From Vicugna vicugna (Eukaryota): a stretch of 64,000 nt of DNA. The position numbers were made by a program, and so were the translations under genes. Position 1 is the first letter of the stretch; each line of letters begins with the position of its first letter. Below the pieces are notes generated by a model, which was given only the letters and a program-made list of their open reading frames with translations, had not been told where the DNA came from and did no database searches. This document shows, one piece after another, positions 13,620-25,489 of this stretch. The DNA is taken from NCBI GenBank assembly GCA_013265495.1, contig MU058384.1, forward strand, positions 2,703,010-2,767,009. The letters are read 5' to 3'.

Positions 13620-14160
13620 GAGAAGATGGGGGACAATGTTTTCCCCCACTAACAAGGAATTCTCTGACACTGGCTGTGTGTCGTACAATTTAATTCAATT
13701 CTGACACTATCTACCTGGAGACAGCATCGGATCCCACAGCTTTGGGCTCAGTCCTACAAGCCTGCACCCCACCTTCAGATGCCAGTCTCCAGTCCAGGTT
13801 GTCACCTGGGCTTCTGACCTATAAGTTCTGGCTATAAGTTAGTTTCCAATGATCCCTTCCTTGGGTTTAATTAATTTGCTAGAATGGCCCACAGAACTCA
13901 GAGAGACTGTTTACTTACTAGGTTACAGGTTAATTACAGAAGGATATAACTCAGGAACAGCCAGGTGGAAGAGATGCTTGTGGTAAAGTATGGGGAAGGG
14001 CACAGAGACTCCATGCTCTCTGAGTGCACCATTCTCACTGCATTTCCATGTGTTCATCAACCTGCAACTTCCCCAAACCCCATCCTTTCGGGTTTTTTGG
14101 GTTTTTTTGAGGCTTCATTACATAGGCACGACTGATTAGATCATTGGCCATTAGTAACTG
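13620..14160 (-). mobile_element. MER21-like LTR
   Basis: Segments aattcaattctgacactatctacctggag...gggctcagtcctacaag and gaggcttcattacataggcacgactgatt recognised from memory of the MER21 group. Confidence 0.7.
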
Positions 14161-14329
14161 GAGATGATGGGTGATTTTAATGTTTTTCCTTATAGTGTTT
14201 GAATATTTGTCAATATTCTAAAATGAGCATATATAATTTTATAACTAGAAAAAAGATGAATATCACTTAAAACCCAAGTAAGCCATTAACGTGTTGATTC
14301 ATTTATGTGTTGAACACGTGCCTCTCATC

Positions 14330-15200
14330 CTGTAGGTACAGAAGCCACGAACAAGCATAAGTGCCAGTCCGTCTGGCTCAAGAAACTCATGTCTACACAA
14401 GGCATCCATGCCCCTGCCTTCCGAAGCAGTGCCCTAATTTCATTCTGAGGAAGCCATCCTTCCCTGACTGGGATTTCAGTGGCCTTGTAGCTGAGACCTA
14501 AGCCAGTCAGTGCATTCCATTCCTGAGCTAGAGGACTGGTTCAGGGATACATATTCGACCTGCCAGACAAAGAGAGAACAAGTGAAACCAAGGACTGGGC
14601 AGGAGTGACTGGAAGAGCCCCACTCTCTTGAGATGATCCCATGATGGGCCACTGGGAACGACCCCTTTCCCCTATAATGGCCAAAATGTGGAGATGTGCG
14701 CTCTTTCTCTCCTATGACAGCTTTAGTGGGACATGACTCCTCTCTCCTGTCATGGTCTGTATGTCTTTCTCCCATAATATCCAGTGGGAGATGACCTCTT
14801 TTTTCTGAGATGGACTAGGTGTGACGATGACCCCTCCCTCCTCCCATGGTGGTTTTGGCAATAGATGACTCCCTCCAGTGATGGTCTGAATGTCATGGTG
14901 ATCCCTGTCACCTGCAACAGTCCAAGTGTAAGATGACCCCTTTCTCTTGAGGTGTACTGAGTGTGGAAATGATCCCTCTCTCCTGAGATGTCTAAGTGTG
15001 CTGATTCAGGAAACCAAAGCTGTGGAGACTCATGCTGGGCATGTTAGTCATCCCCAAAAGAGCTGAGAGAGGTCCTGGAAACAGTATGAAATTTCTGAAC
15101 CAAACTCAACAACCTGCCACAGCTAGCTTTCCAAGGGATATTTTGTTAATAGAGTGAATTGAGCTTGAATTGGTTTTTTTTGGTCTCTTGATTCCACCAT
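14330..15200 (+). mobile_element. Ancient MLT1-like (MaLR) LTR interrupted by a degenerate minisatellite
   Basis: gactggttcagggatac... and the 3' end gagcttgaattggtttt...ctcttg resemble MLT1J/K; boundaries approximate. Confidence 0.5.
14620..15000. repeat. Degenerate ~35-bp minisatellite, about 10-11 units
   Basis: Recurrent GATGA(C/T)CCCT(T/C)TCTC(C/T)TGAGATG...AGTGTG motif at roughly 33-38 bp spacing, with one longer unit. Confidence 0.75.
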
Positions 15201-17666
15201 CTTTCTCAATCATCCTGCCCCTAGAAGAGCAGCCATGACACAAGCAATGATAATCCACAGCAGCAGGTGCTCCGAGAAGGTCATGAGGGCAAGCTCTGAG
15301 CCCAGGGAAGAATTGATTCAACTAGGGAGCTCAAGGGATGCTTTTTATGAGAGCTGGGCCTTGGGAGTCTGGAAAGGGAAACCCTGGCAGAAGGACTAGA
15401 ATGAGCCTAAGCAGTGAAGTGTGCAGTGCATAGTGTGTTTAAGAAAGTGCGCAGCTTACTGGACCTTCAAGCCCCGGCTGTGGGGGCAATGAGGAGGAAG
15501 GCTGGGGCTAGATTCTCAAGAGCAGTCTAAAGAATTCACACTTTGATCTGTAAAAAAAAAAATATGAGGGTGGAGGAGTGAAAAGTATTTTATAGCTAAA
15601 ACAAAATTTTTTTTCTGGAACAGTGGGAAATGGACTGGAGAGGGAAAGAGAACAAGAAACCATACTTCCATGTCTGTTTCTGTGGCATCTTTCCTCCAAT
15701 GTGCCCTTCTAACAAACTAATTACAGACAGGAAGCATTTTATTCATCCTTCTATCCCCACTGCTAAGGGGAGGGCTTAATAAATGTTTGCTCAATAAAGC
15801 AAAGAAAAGAAGAAACCCACAGCTTCCCTATTCTAGTCACATTTACTTCAGAAGCCCCACCAGCTCATACCATTCTTCCCCCTACCCCAACCACATATTC
15901 ATCACCTCTTCTATCTGTTTTTCTGGTTTACTCATTCCAACCTGCACAATGAATGCCCTGCACTGTTACTTAACTATTTCACGCACTCCATCTGCTCTTG
16001 CTAACTAGAGAACAGCCACTGGGAAGGGAATCTCATCTACTCTTCCCTTCAGGCTGGACTGCATGGTTCCACTCACATCATCTACCTGCCTCAGCTCTGG
16101 GCTTCCCAGTCGCTTCCAGGACCTAAATTAGGCAACATTGCCCTTTAAGTTAACAAGATGCTGAATATCAAAATCCAAACATTAAAAACGCTAGATTCCT
16201 CTTCTCCTCCTCCCTGTTATCCAAATCTGCTTAACTTACAGCAAAATAATAACAAGTACAAGGAACGGCATGTCGGGTCCTGCTTTATTATGTTACCCAG
16301 CCATCTGTGACCCTTCATTAGAGGCATTTGGGAATCCAGCTCTGAATCACTCTGCTGAATGACAATGGCAATGCAAAAATCGTACTGTGGCTTTAAGAGC
16401 CTTGCTGCTCACTTATGTATCTAGTCCATTTTTTTTTCCTCTAACAGTAAACAAATGGTCAAGTTCTGATTCTGCTGACAAGATAAACTTCCTAGACAAC
16501 AACATTCTAGAAAATTTTGTGATGATGGGCAGATTTTTTTTTTAAAAAAATGATGTGGCTTTGATTGCCTGCAAACACACGCTCAAACAAATGTGAACTC
16601 AGATTTTCTAAATATTAACCAAGTCACCTAAAACACCATCAGAATTCTCCATTTAATGGAAAACCTGCTAATGGCCCTTCTCTATCTCTTTCCAGGTTGT
16701 ACCACAGTACAGTGTCATGACAAACCCTGATGGCTTTTTGGTTGAGAGAGAAAAGGATTCAAATTTATGTTTTAATTGAGCAGCAACGGAGGAATCACAT
16801 GCAGGTTTGGGCAAGGCCAGGGGCAAACAGAACTGCCCTGGTTTCTCTTCGGCCTTTCCTTTTTAAAAAAGCATCACTATCACCTGAAGGATGCTTTTGA
16901 TCCCTCTGTATTCTCATCCAGACAATTTCAATTGCCCCCAATTCTTACCTAATTGGAATATCTTTCAGTTTTCTCCTAGGTTGAGTTCTGCAACCTGGGT
17001 CTGATGGGCAACACAAATTTGCTACCTGGAACTTATTTCAATGCTTGCACAGTTCACAAATCTAAAATCCCACCTGTCTGAAGAGCCGACCAGAACAGGA
17101 TTGCAGAGGTAACACAATCCCATCCGTATGTTATTTTTCATGTTCAATAACCAGGAGAGGTAACACTTAACAAGCTAGCCCCTATCAGGAAAATCAAATT
17201 AAATAAGCCATTCCTTCCTGGTTACACTCGCCAAGGTTTTGAGATCTGGGTTGATGGTTCAACTTCCCTTTTGCCCAGAGACGCTTCGGTATCAGGCCCC
17301 TGGATTCCCACCGGCTTGCGGTCCTTACAGAGATGGGTGACCACCGTCCACGGTGCTGGGGAACTGAAGAAAGGAGCCGCCCGGAGGGGAGGACGGCGGT
17401 TCCCCGCTAAGGTTTGGGAGAAGATAAAGAGACCAGAGGGGAGGTAGATGGATGTCAACACCCGAACCCAAATTCGCACATAACACATCCATTCACGGAG
17501 GGAACTCTCGCAATAGCGCGAAATGCATGGGTAACAGATGCTCAGCGAAACCCCTCCGCAACAGCCCCCTCCAGCAGCCGGGCCATTTCAGCCCCGGCCG
17601 CGCGGCCCTCCGGCGGCGTGAGCAGGACCCGCCGGCAGGTGCCCCGCGCCCCCGCCCCGCTCTTAC

Positions 17667-17751
17667 CCAGGGCCCAGGTGCAGCTCTCTTTGATGGCTTT
17701 GTACTTGCTCCCGGACGCTTCCTTCTGCAGCTTCCTCAGGATTTCTTCCAT
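17667..17751 (-). CDS. ARFGEF3: ARFGEF3 (BIG3/KIAA1244) coding exon 1
   Basis: Minus strand reads MEEILRKLQKEASGSKYKAIKESCTWAL+G, matching the ARFGEF3 N-terminus as I recall it. ATG at 17751 in context AAGATGG; 85 nt ending at donor G|GTAAGA (plus strand tcttac 17661-17666); lies in a CpG island. Confidence 0.97.
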
Positions 17752-17814
17752 CTTGACCTTCGCCGGCGGCCGGCGGCCGACAGCGAGGGGAGTGTGCGCG
17801 AGGCCCGGCGGGGA

Positions 17815-17848
17815 CGCCGCCGCCACCGCCGCCGCCGCCGCCGCCGCC
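17815..17848 (-). repeat. Interrupted (GGC)n repeat in the ARFGEF3 5' UTR
   Basis: Plus strand c(gcc)3 acc (gcc)7. Confidence 0.9.
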
Positions 17849-18999
17849 TGGTCCTGGGCGCCTAGGCGGCCGCTGCGCTCGCCCCCATCCGGCCCGGCGC
17901 GGCGGCTGATGAATCACGCCCGCTCCATGCCGCGGCCACGTCAGGCCCGCCGCCCCGCCCGCCGCCCCGCCCGCCGGGTCAGGTGCGCCCCGCGCGCGGC
18001 TGCAGCCACGGCGGGCTGGGGAATCGGAGGCCCCGGCCCCGCCCCGAGGCGGCCCCCGGGGCACGGAGACTCCGCGGGAAGGTGGAGGCGGCTGTCCTGG
18101 GCTGGCTCGCCGGCCGGGCGTTGGCCGGGCTCGGCCCCAGGGAGCGTCTGGCGGCTGCGGGCAGCGGGCGAGGACGCCCTCGTCGCGGCCCCCTCCCCAG
18201 CCCGCTCCACCGCCCCCTACGCAGGCCCCCTGCCCCGTGCAGAGCGGATCTGGGGCCGCCCCGCCCAAATCCCGTGTGGCGTCGCGGCCGCTGCATCCGG
18301 GCGTCCAGGCGTTCATTCGCGAGTTGGTGAACAGCTCTTCTGGGCCACCCCAGTGCCAGGCTCGGTGCCAGGCTCGAGAGCTACCTGGGAATAGACTGTG
18401 ATTCTGCGCAACCCCCACTCAACGTGTGTGTGTGTGGGTGTGTGTGGGTGGGTGTGGGTGTGTGCGGGTGTGTGCGGCGGCGGCGGCGGTGGTAGAGGTT
18501 AACATCCCTATTATGCACAGGAGGAAACCAGGCCCTGAGTGGTTAATTGACTTCCCAACCCAGTAAGAATTGACTCAACACATCCTTGAATCCAAAGCCC
18601 TTTAAAAATAATCTCGCTTCCTTCCCTTTCCCTTCCTCTGTTAACCTGAATTGTTTACCTCTGAAGGAGAAGCGGGGGGGTGGGGGGCGCGCACTGAGGA
18701 TCAAGCAGCAGAAGGCTACCTAACTTGGGTTGGGGTGGGAGAGGTGGACAGAGAGGGCTTCCGCAATGAAGAGCCCTCAGGCTGAACTTGGGAGGTGGAC
18801 GTGGGTGGCTGGATGGGGAAGGCAGCGTGAGGCAGCAGCTCCTCAAATCTTGGGACAGCACCTGTGTTTCAGTAACTGCAGGTTGTTCTCTGATGGAGGC
18901 CCTAGGATGGTTGCTGGAAGAAAGGAAAGCAGGAGTCTTATCTTGAGTCTCTTTTTTTTTTTCCCCTGCTGTGAAAGCTACGATTGGGAGCTAAGAAAG

Positions 19000-19650
19000 G
19001 ATGTTAAGCATATGCGTTTTTTTAAAGAAATGTAACCGTAGTGGTAGTGGAAAGATCAATTGCAGAGGAGTAGACTGGCCGCTGGGAAAACAGTAAGAAG
19101 ATTCTACGGCAATCTAGAAATAAGTTAAGCCATTGGTAAGTGGAAAAGAAGAGAGAAAAATATAACAAGAGATATTTAAGGAGTAGAAGCAGTAGGATCT
19201 ACTGACTGGGGTGGTAACATACAGAATAGCTTCCAGGTTTCTTGCTTGGGAAAATGGGAGAATGGTGGCCCCATCTTCCAAGTTTAAGAAGAGAGGAAGA
19301 GAAAGGTTTGGAACCCAGGGAGTTCAGTTTTGAACATGTTCAGGTTAGAATGGTAAGGAGATCCCTGTAAGGTGTTTTACCTATGGGTAGGAACTCAGGA
19401 CAGGGTTCTGTGATAGAAATGAGGATTTGAAGCCATCAAGTATTGAAAACTGTTGATGCCTAGCATTTGGCAGAGGTTGCCAGAAGGCAGGGGATAAAAT
19501 GGGGGAAGAGCAGGAATTCCAGGGAGGAAGTTGGGGGCCTCTTACCCTCAAATGATGGGCAGAGGAGCAAAACCCACAGAAGAGGCTGAGAAGGATCAGT
19601 CAGAAACCCGAGGTGCAGGAGGGCAGCCAGGAAAGGGAGTGTCAGGAGAG
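19000..19650 (-). mobile_element. L2 fragment
   Basis: Purine-rich degraded L2 signature (ccaggtttcttgcttggg, gagttcagttttgaacatgtt); continues at ~20870-21060 after an L1M insertion. Confidence 0.6.
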
Positions 19651-19849
19651 TGTCCAATAGATGGGGGTGTTCAGACTGCTCCTTAAGCCGTCTTAGTAGT
19701 GAGGAGGCAAAACTTACGAAGTCCTAGCCCTCAGGGACCCCTCTCTTCACCATCCACACACCCTATGAAGCCATCATTTGAACAAAGATTTCCAGTGCTA
19801 AAAAAAATTGTCAAAAACATTGTAGTAGATAATAATGTTAAATTACATT

Positions 19850-20820
19850 GTTAACTGTTTGGAGATATATATACATATATATATCTCATAACTTTATACC
19901 ATATGCCATATAGAAAAATAAATCACGAAGATGTTAAAGAGTTAAATTTAATAATTGAACCATAAAAAGCTACCAACTAGAAAAAATGTAATCATTTCAG
20001 AGATACAATGTTTTAATAGCTGTGTAAAAAGCTTTTGCAAAGTGTTAAAAAAAAAGATGCACACTTTAAAAAAAAAGCAAAAAATAAGCAATAATATGAA
20101 GTCAGTTCACAGAGGAAGAAATATAAATGACTAATGACCTATGAAAATTGTTCAAGCAACTACTAATCAAAACAGCACAAACTTTTAAATAAAATGTGAT
20201 TTTCTTATCAATAAAATTGGTTACAAGATTTTAAGTATTATTGCCTGGTGTTGTTAAGGAGGTGGCCAATTGGGTTCTCTCATGTTATGGGTGCTGGTGG
20301 AAGGGTAATTTGGTACCCATTCCTGGAGGGATCCGAGATACGTATGCAGCACAGATGTGGCTCCAATCCAGCAATCCCATTTCTAGGAATTCTTAAGCAA
20401 GTGACTATGAAATTGGATAAAGATTTTTCTTAATCAAGGATTTCAATGTGTCATTCAATTATTTTTAAAAATTGAAAGCTATCTAACAATAGAGAAATGG
20501 ACAAATAATTTATGAAATATGTACCCATAAAGCATATACTATGGAGCCTTTAAGAACAATGTGGGAGAGGAATATTGAATGACATAAAAAGCGCTTTCTA
20601 CTATATAGTTAAATGAAATAGAAGGTTGTAAAATGCTACATACTTCTCTACACTAAACAAGTTCAGTTTTGTTATTTAAATATTTGACGTGGATGGACAT
20701 ATAAGCTTTAAAATACATACATATAAATGGAAAATAAACATCAACAGCAGTGTTTATCTCTGATGGGGTTATAGGTGAATTTAATTTTTCTCTAAACATT
20801 TTTACTTTTATGATCATAAA
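19850..20820 (+). mobile_element. Ancient L1M fragment
   Basis: ttcacagaggaagaaatataaatgactaat..., ccagcaatcccatttctaggaat, and the old 3' end tttatctctgatggggttataggtga. Confidence 0.6.
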
Positions 20821-21372
20821 GTATTTTACTAAGTGCTGGGAAAATGAATTAAAAGTAGTATCCAGGCAGCAAGGTCAATGGCTACAGAGAGGACAAAGGT
20901 AAATACAGAAAAGAGTCAAATGGACGTAAGAGTTAAGTCAGGAGGCCTGCCTGGAAGAATAATGAGGGCAGAGCTGAGTTGCAGTGGATTAAGAGCAGGT
21001 AGAAACATAAGTGTAAACAACCCTCTCAAGGTGTTGGCTGTGAAGGAGAGTGGAATAGTTAAAAGACCCGTTTTTAAAAAAATGTCAACTCACAGTAGAA
21101 AATGTCCTTTGCGTCCACTCAGGATACACACAGGTACACGTATAGCTAGAATAAAAAACTGAAACAAGAGTTTTATTTCTAAAACAACATGTACAATTGA
21201 ATAGAATTACTATTAAATATAATTTTATTCATTGTTGTAGGCATGCTTGCCTGTTCTTAAATTCAGTCCATGTTAGAAACATGAGGGCAGTGCTACACGT
21301 ACAACCCAGGGGCTTTGTGCTTGGATGTCTATTTCTTCCCACTGTGTTTAGTTATGTTGTTAAAAATTCTGG

Positions 21373-21502
21373 AGGTGGGAGAGTATAGTTCAGTGGTAGA
21401 GTGTATGCTTAGCACACATGCGGTCCTGGATTCAATCCCCGGTACCTCCATTTAAAAAAAATTAAAATTAAAAATAAGTAAAAACAATTAAAAAACAAAA
21501 AC
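21373..21502 (+). mobile_element. tRNA-derived SINE (camelid type)
   Basis: gagagtatagttcagtggtagag...gtcctggattcaatccccggtacctcca plus A-rich tail; TSD aaaattctgg at 21363-21372 and 21503-21512. Confidence 0.92.
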
Positions 21503-22179
21503 AAAATTCTGGCTCATGTGCAAATAAGTGGTATAGACGCTATTAATAACAATATACTTAGCAACTGAAATTGCAAGTTTCAGTGAATTCTTCTTTAATC
21601 TTAATCTAAAATGGTGATAAATTTATAATCATTCTTCAATATATTTGAATAACAAAGTATTAGTAATTAGTTTTCTTCTTTGGGCATCAACTTTAACTCA
21701 AATATGGATCCAAGATTTTAAAAAACATATGGATCTTTAATGCAAATGCTTTTCTTTGATATTTCAAATTTCTTTTTTGGAAATGTTTGAAGTTTAAAAA
21801 AGATACTTGCAATATTATTAATGTCCTTCATTTTATTCCATTCAAACGATTTTTATTAATAATGTTCTTTTCCCATGTTGCAGAATGTTGAGGACATATA
21901 GTAACCATGGTGATTACTTAAAATGTATTTTGTAACTGTTGGATATATTCAACATCTTGAAATATATTGTTACTTTTTCCCTATAGATCCAAATTCAGTT
22001 AATTAAAAATGGCAAAAAATATCTGTTATACGTGCCAATTTTGTTGCTAAAACATCATCTCCAGAAATGTTAGTGAAAATGTTCACAGAAAAATGTGAAT
22101 CCTATTCTTGAGTTCATATAACTTAATTAGTATTTTCCTCACAAGAATCAATTACTCCAGTATGATATAACATACACCC

Positions 22180-22602
22180 ATATTAGTTAAGGGGAAGATT
22201 AACACCCAACAATACCCAGCAGTTTACAGAACAGAGACTTTGATTTCTTGCTTAAATAAGTTCTGAGTTAGTGGTGCAGGTTGGTATATAAGTTCCAGGA
22301 GATCATTCAGGGACTGTATACCTTACATTTTACTGCTCCACCATCCCAGAGTGAATTGTTCTCCTCTGTGTGACCCAGGATGGCTTCTTCTAGCTCATAG
22401 GAAGAGGAAGAGAGAGTAGATGTGCCCAGGTCTCAGACGTAAAAGTCACACAGTCCCTTCTCCTAGATCCCATTGGTGAAAACAGTTGCAGAGACACACC
22501 TGGGTCCAGTGTAGCCTCTCGGGGCCCCCAGGGCTCCTGCACAGCTCTGGGCCTGTGGCAGAGGGAGAAGGATTTGGTGGGTGACTGCTAAGTCCGGCCA
22601 CA
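22180..22602 (-). mobile_element. MLT1-like LTR
   Basis: gtcacacagtcccttctcctagatcccattggtgaaaac...ggatttggtgggtgactgcta resembles MLT1J. Confidence 0.55.
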
Positions 22603-24829
22603 GCTCCAATTTCTGAACAAAACATATCAAAGAGTGAAGAGTCTCTTAATGAGATCAAACAACTATCACTTGTTTTCAGGAGATTCAGAAGAATTCTTAG
22701 GATGCCAAATCTTTACAATGGGTGAAACAGTGATTTCAAATGGTAATGTAGATGGTGATTTCTAGTAATATTTTAAATTACTCCGCTATGTTTCCTGGTC
22801 ATATTTACTTCTGAAGCACTTGCAATTCTATTACAATTTACCCAGTTTAATTTGGTTCTCAAATAATGTATTTTTCGAATTTTATCAAGTTTCTTAAACC
22901 AGTTATGGATCAGGTTAAACAACATAGTAAATCCTTTATAAAAATTGTCTTGTCATGTATATAAACTGAAAGTATAGTCAGTTGAAATAGTCATGCTCTT
23001 ATTAAGTAGAATCACATAACCTGTGTCTGGTCACATTTGCTTAATAAGTGTTAATTCTATTCTGTATGTCTACACAATCACAATTGTGTTTTAAGAGACT
23101 GATATCACTTAGAAGTGCAGTTTACAATTTCTCCACTAATTTATCACAGAGAAGCATATTCCCCATGTCCATGTATGCCAAGAATAATTTTTTTCAGCAC
23201 CTATGTGAGTTATTTTCTCTCTTGCTACATATATGCAATTAATAGATAGTAACACTTTTTCATAACTGATGCGAAATAGTATTGAAAATTTTATGTCTTT
23301 TTTTCTTTCTTTGAAAATATTTGAAGGCCTTACCAACAGCCTGGCTTGTTGTATTTCTAGGTTTGTGTGTGTGTGTGTGTGAGTGTGTGTACAATTTTAA
23401 GCTTTCATTTGCAATAATATTGCAAATAATAAACTTTCAGTGGTTTTGAGCATTTGACAAGCTACACTTAATCTTTATTAAAAAGGCTTAAATTTTTTTT
23501 GGATTAAGCTCAAATTAAAAAATTAATTGATTAAAAGAAATGTTTCCCTCAATGTCCCCACTATTTATAGGCCTAGATCTGGCAGTTCAACCAGAACATG
23601 CTTCTGTGCTTTTCACATCATCATCTTCATTTTTCTAATAATAAAATAGAGTATTTTAAGAATAACTTATGCAAGCCTGATTAACATGTGCAACTATTGC
23701 AAAGCCAAAAATGCCCTAACAATTACGTCTAACCCAAAAAACACAACCAAAACTTGATGGGAAGTCTTGTTGCCCCTGCCAATAGTGGAAAAGTTCTTCT
23801 AAACTTCACTTCATGATTAACTGTAAACTACATTGACGTACATTAAACTATAAAGCATTAACTTCCTGATAGAATTATGGCCAAATTCAGGAAATCAAAT
23901 GAGATACCAGTGAACAGAAGAGTGAATGGCCAACTGGTTCCCAGCCAATACCTATAGTCATTACATCCCCCTCCACTAGCTGTTGTTCAACTCAGCTTTC
24001 CCCAGTATTTGCTGCAATGTGGACAGCACCACTTAGAATAGCTGTATTGCATTCTGATACTGAAGGTTCCATATTATTTTATTTCTGAAAAGAATATAAG
24101 CTGGTGAAACAGAGTAATTGATTTCACAATCCACTAATGGGTAGAGAACTGAAATTTGAAAAATGCCAGACCAGCAAGAGATTTGATAGAAAGTATGTTT
24201 ATACAGAAAAGAAACATAAAGGCAGAAATTGAAGAGGTAGGAGGCAGCCAGCCTAATGGGTGAAACAAGTATCCTAAGGAGATAGGAAAGGTGGTATTTG
24301 GGGTACAGATGGAGTCATTGGTTCAGTCGGGGGATGACGGCTAAGCTACAGACAAGGAGGGGAAGATATGAGACTGAGTTTTAATAGGGTTTAGTTTATA
24401 TTAGAACAACCTTACTGTTGAAAGCAATTATAAAACTGGATTTAAAAAAATTAAAAGCATAGTTTGAAGGCATCAAAAGCAACCAAGACTGTCAGATCTT
24501 GAAAGGCCAAGACTCTGGAGTGAAGAAGAATACACAAAAGTGAACCAGACGTTCTTAGCTGCTTTCTCCCCGGGGAGAACTTGCTACTTCACAGCACAGC
24601 GCATAGAGGCCAAGTTGAAAATGGTAATCTAGAGATGTAAGAGTTCTCAAGGTCTAGGAAGATGAAAATTGTAGTTCTGAGCTATTAGGACAATTGGAGC
24701 TTGAGGAACCAAGATGATAGGGGAAGGGGAATCACACAGATTAAAGGCAACATAAAATTATGCATATGTTATAAACAATAAAGTAAATAACCCCTAAAAA
24801 CTTGACCCCTGTTCATTAATAAAATTTTA

Positions 24830-25480
24830 ATGAACAGCCTTTCTTATGATAAATCTGCATATGTAGATGTGTATATGTATGTGCAAATATTGGTATACTT
24901 TTATGCAAATGAGGTAATATTATAATGCTCTTATGCAGTCTGCTTCTTTCACTCAGTGGTTTCTCATATAAAGTGTTCCTTTTTATGGCTCCTTCTCATT
25001 CCTGTTGTATAACTCTAGCAAACTTTAATCAATCCATATTGTTGGCTTCAGCTTTTATTATAAAGAAAACTTCACTGAACACTTAGTTATATTACTTCCC
25101 TATTAGAATATCTTCCCAGAGTAAATGCCTAGAAGAGGAAGTACTGAGTCAAAAAGCATACACAGTTAAAGGGTTTGCAACTTATTGCCAGAATATACTC
25201 AAGGAAGATGGATATATGCTTCCACCAACAGTGCACGAGAGAACCAGTGTGCCTACCCTTCGCATCACAACATATTGAAACTCTTTCGTCCCTTTACCAA
25301 CTTATTAGGTGAACATTTGCATTTAATTCTTGTTTTAGTTTATGACTAAATTTAAAAGGTGAAGTTGAGCATCATATTTTTATTGTTTCATCTCTGCCTG
25401 TTCATGTTCTTTGCCCATGTAAAAAAATAGGATATTATCTCTTTTTATCAATTTGTAAGAGCTGTTTTTACATTAGGGCC
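24830..25480 (-). mobile_element. Ancient L1M fragment
   Basis: taaatgcctagaagaggaagtactgagtcaaa..., ttccaccaacagtgcacgagag, gttgagcatc, ctgttcatgttctttgccca. Confidence 0.6.
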
Positions 25481-25489
25481 AGTGATTTT

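Larger units (their letters stand above)
17300..18500 (-). promoter_or_regulatory. ARFGEF3: CpG island / promoter of ARFGEF3
   Basis: Very GC- and CpG-rich; tandem GC boxes (ccgccccgccc twice, ~17948-17975); TGACGTGG on the minus strand at 17936-17943; spans exon 1. Confidence 0.9.

Noticed and set aside
14620..15000. CRISPR-like periodic repeat
   Set aside because: Mammalian DNA with degenerate contiguous units, no identical repeats with unique spacers, and no cas genes; it is a minisatellite.
17414..18418. Long ORFs of 326 aa (+) and 251 aa (-) over the ARFGEF3 CpG island
   Set aside because: Ala/Arg/Pro/Gly-rich, non-ATG starts, antisense or out of frame with the real exon; stop-codon depletion in GC-rich DNA explains them.
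21540..23560. Very AT-rich stretch that may be a decayed DNA-transposon (hAT) coding relic or a NUMT
   Set aside because: No terminal inverted repeats, transposase motifs or mitochondrial gene similarity could be recognised by eye; a Dfam or BLAST search is needed.
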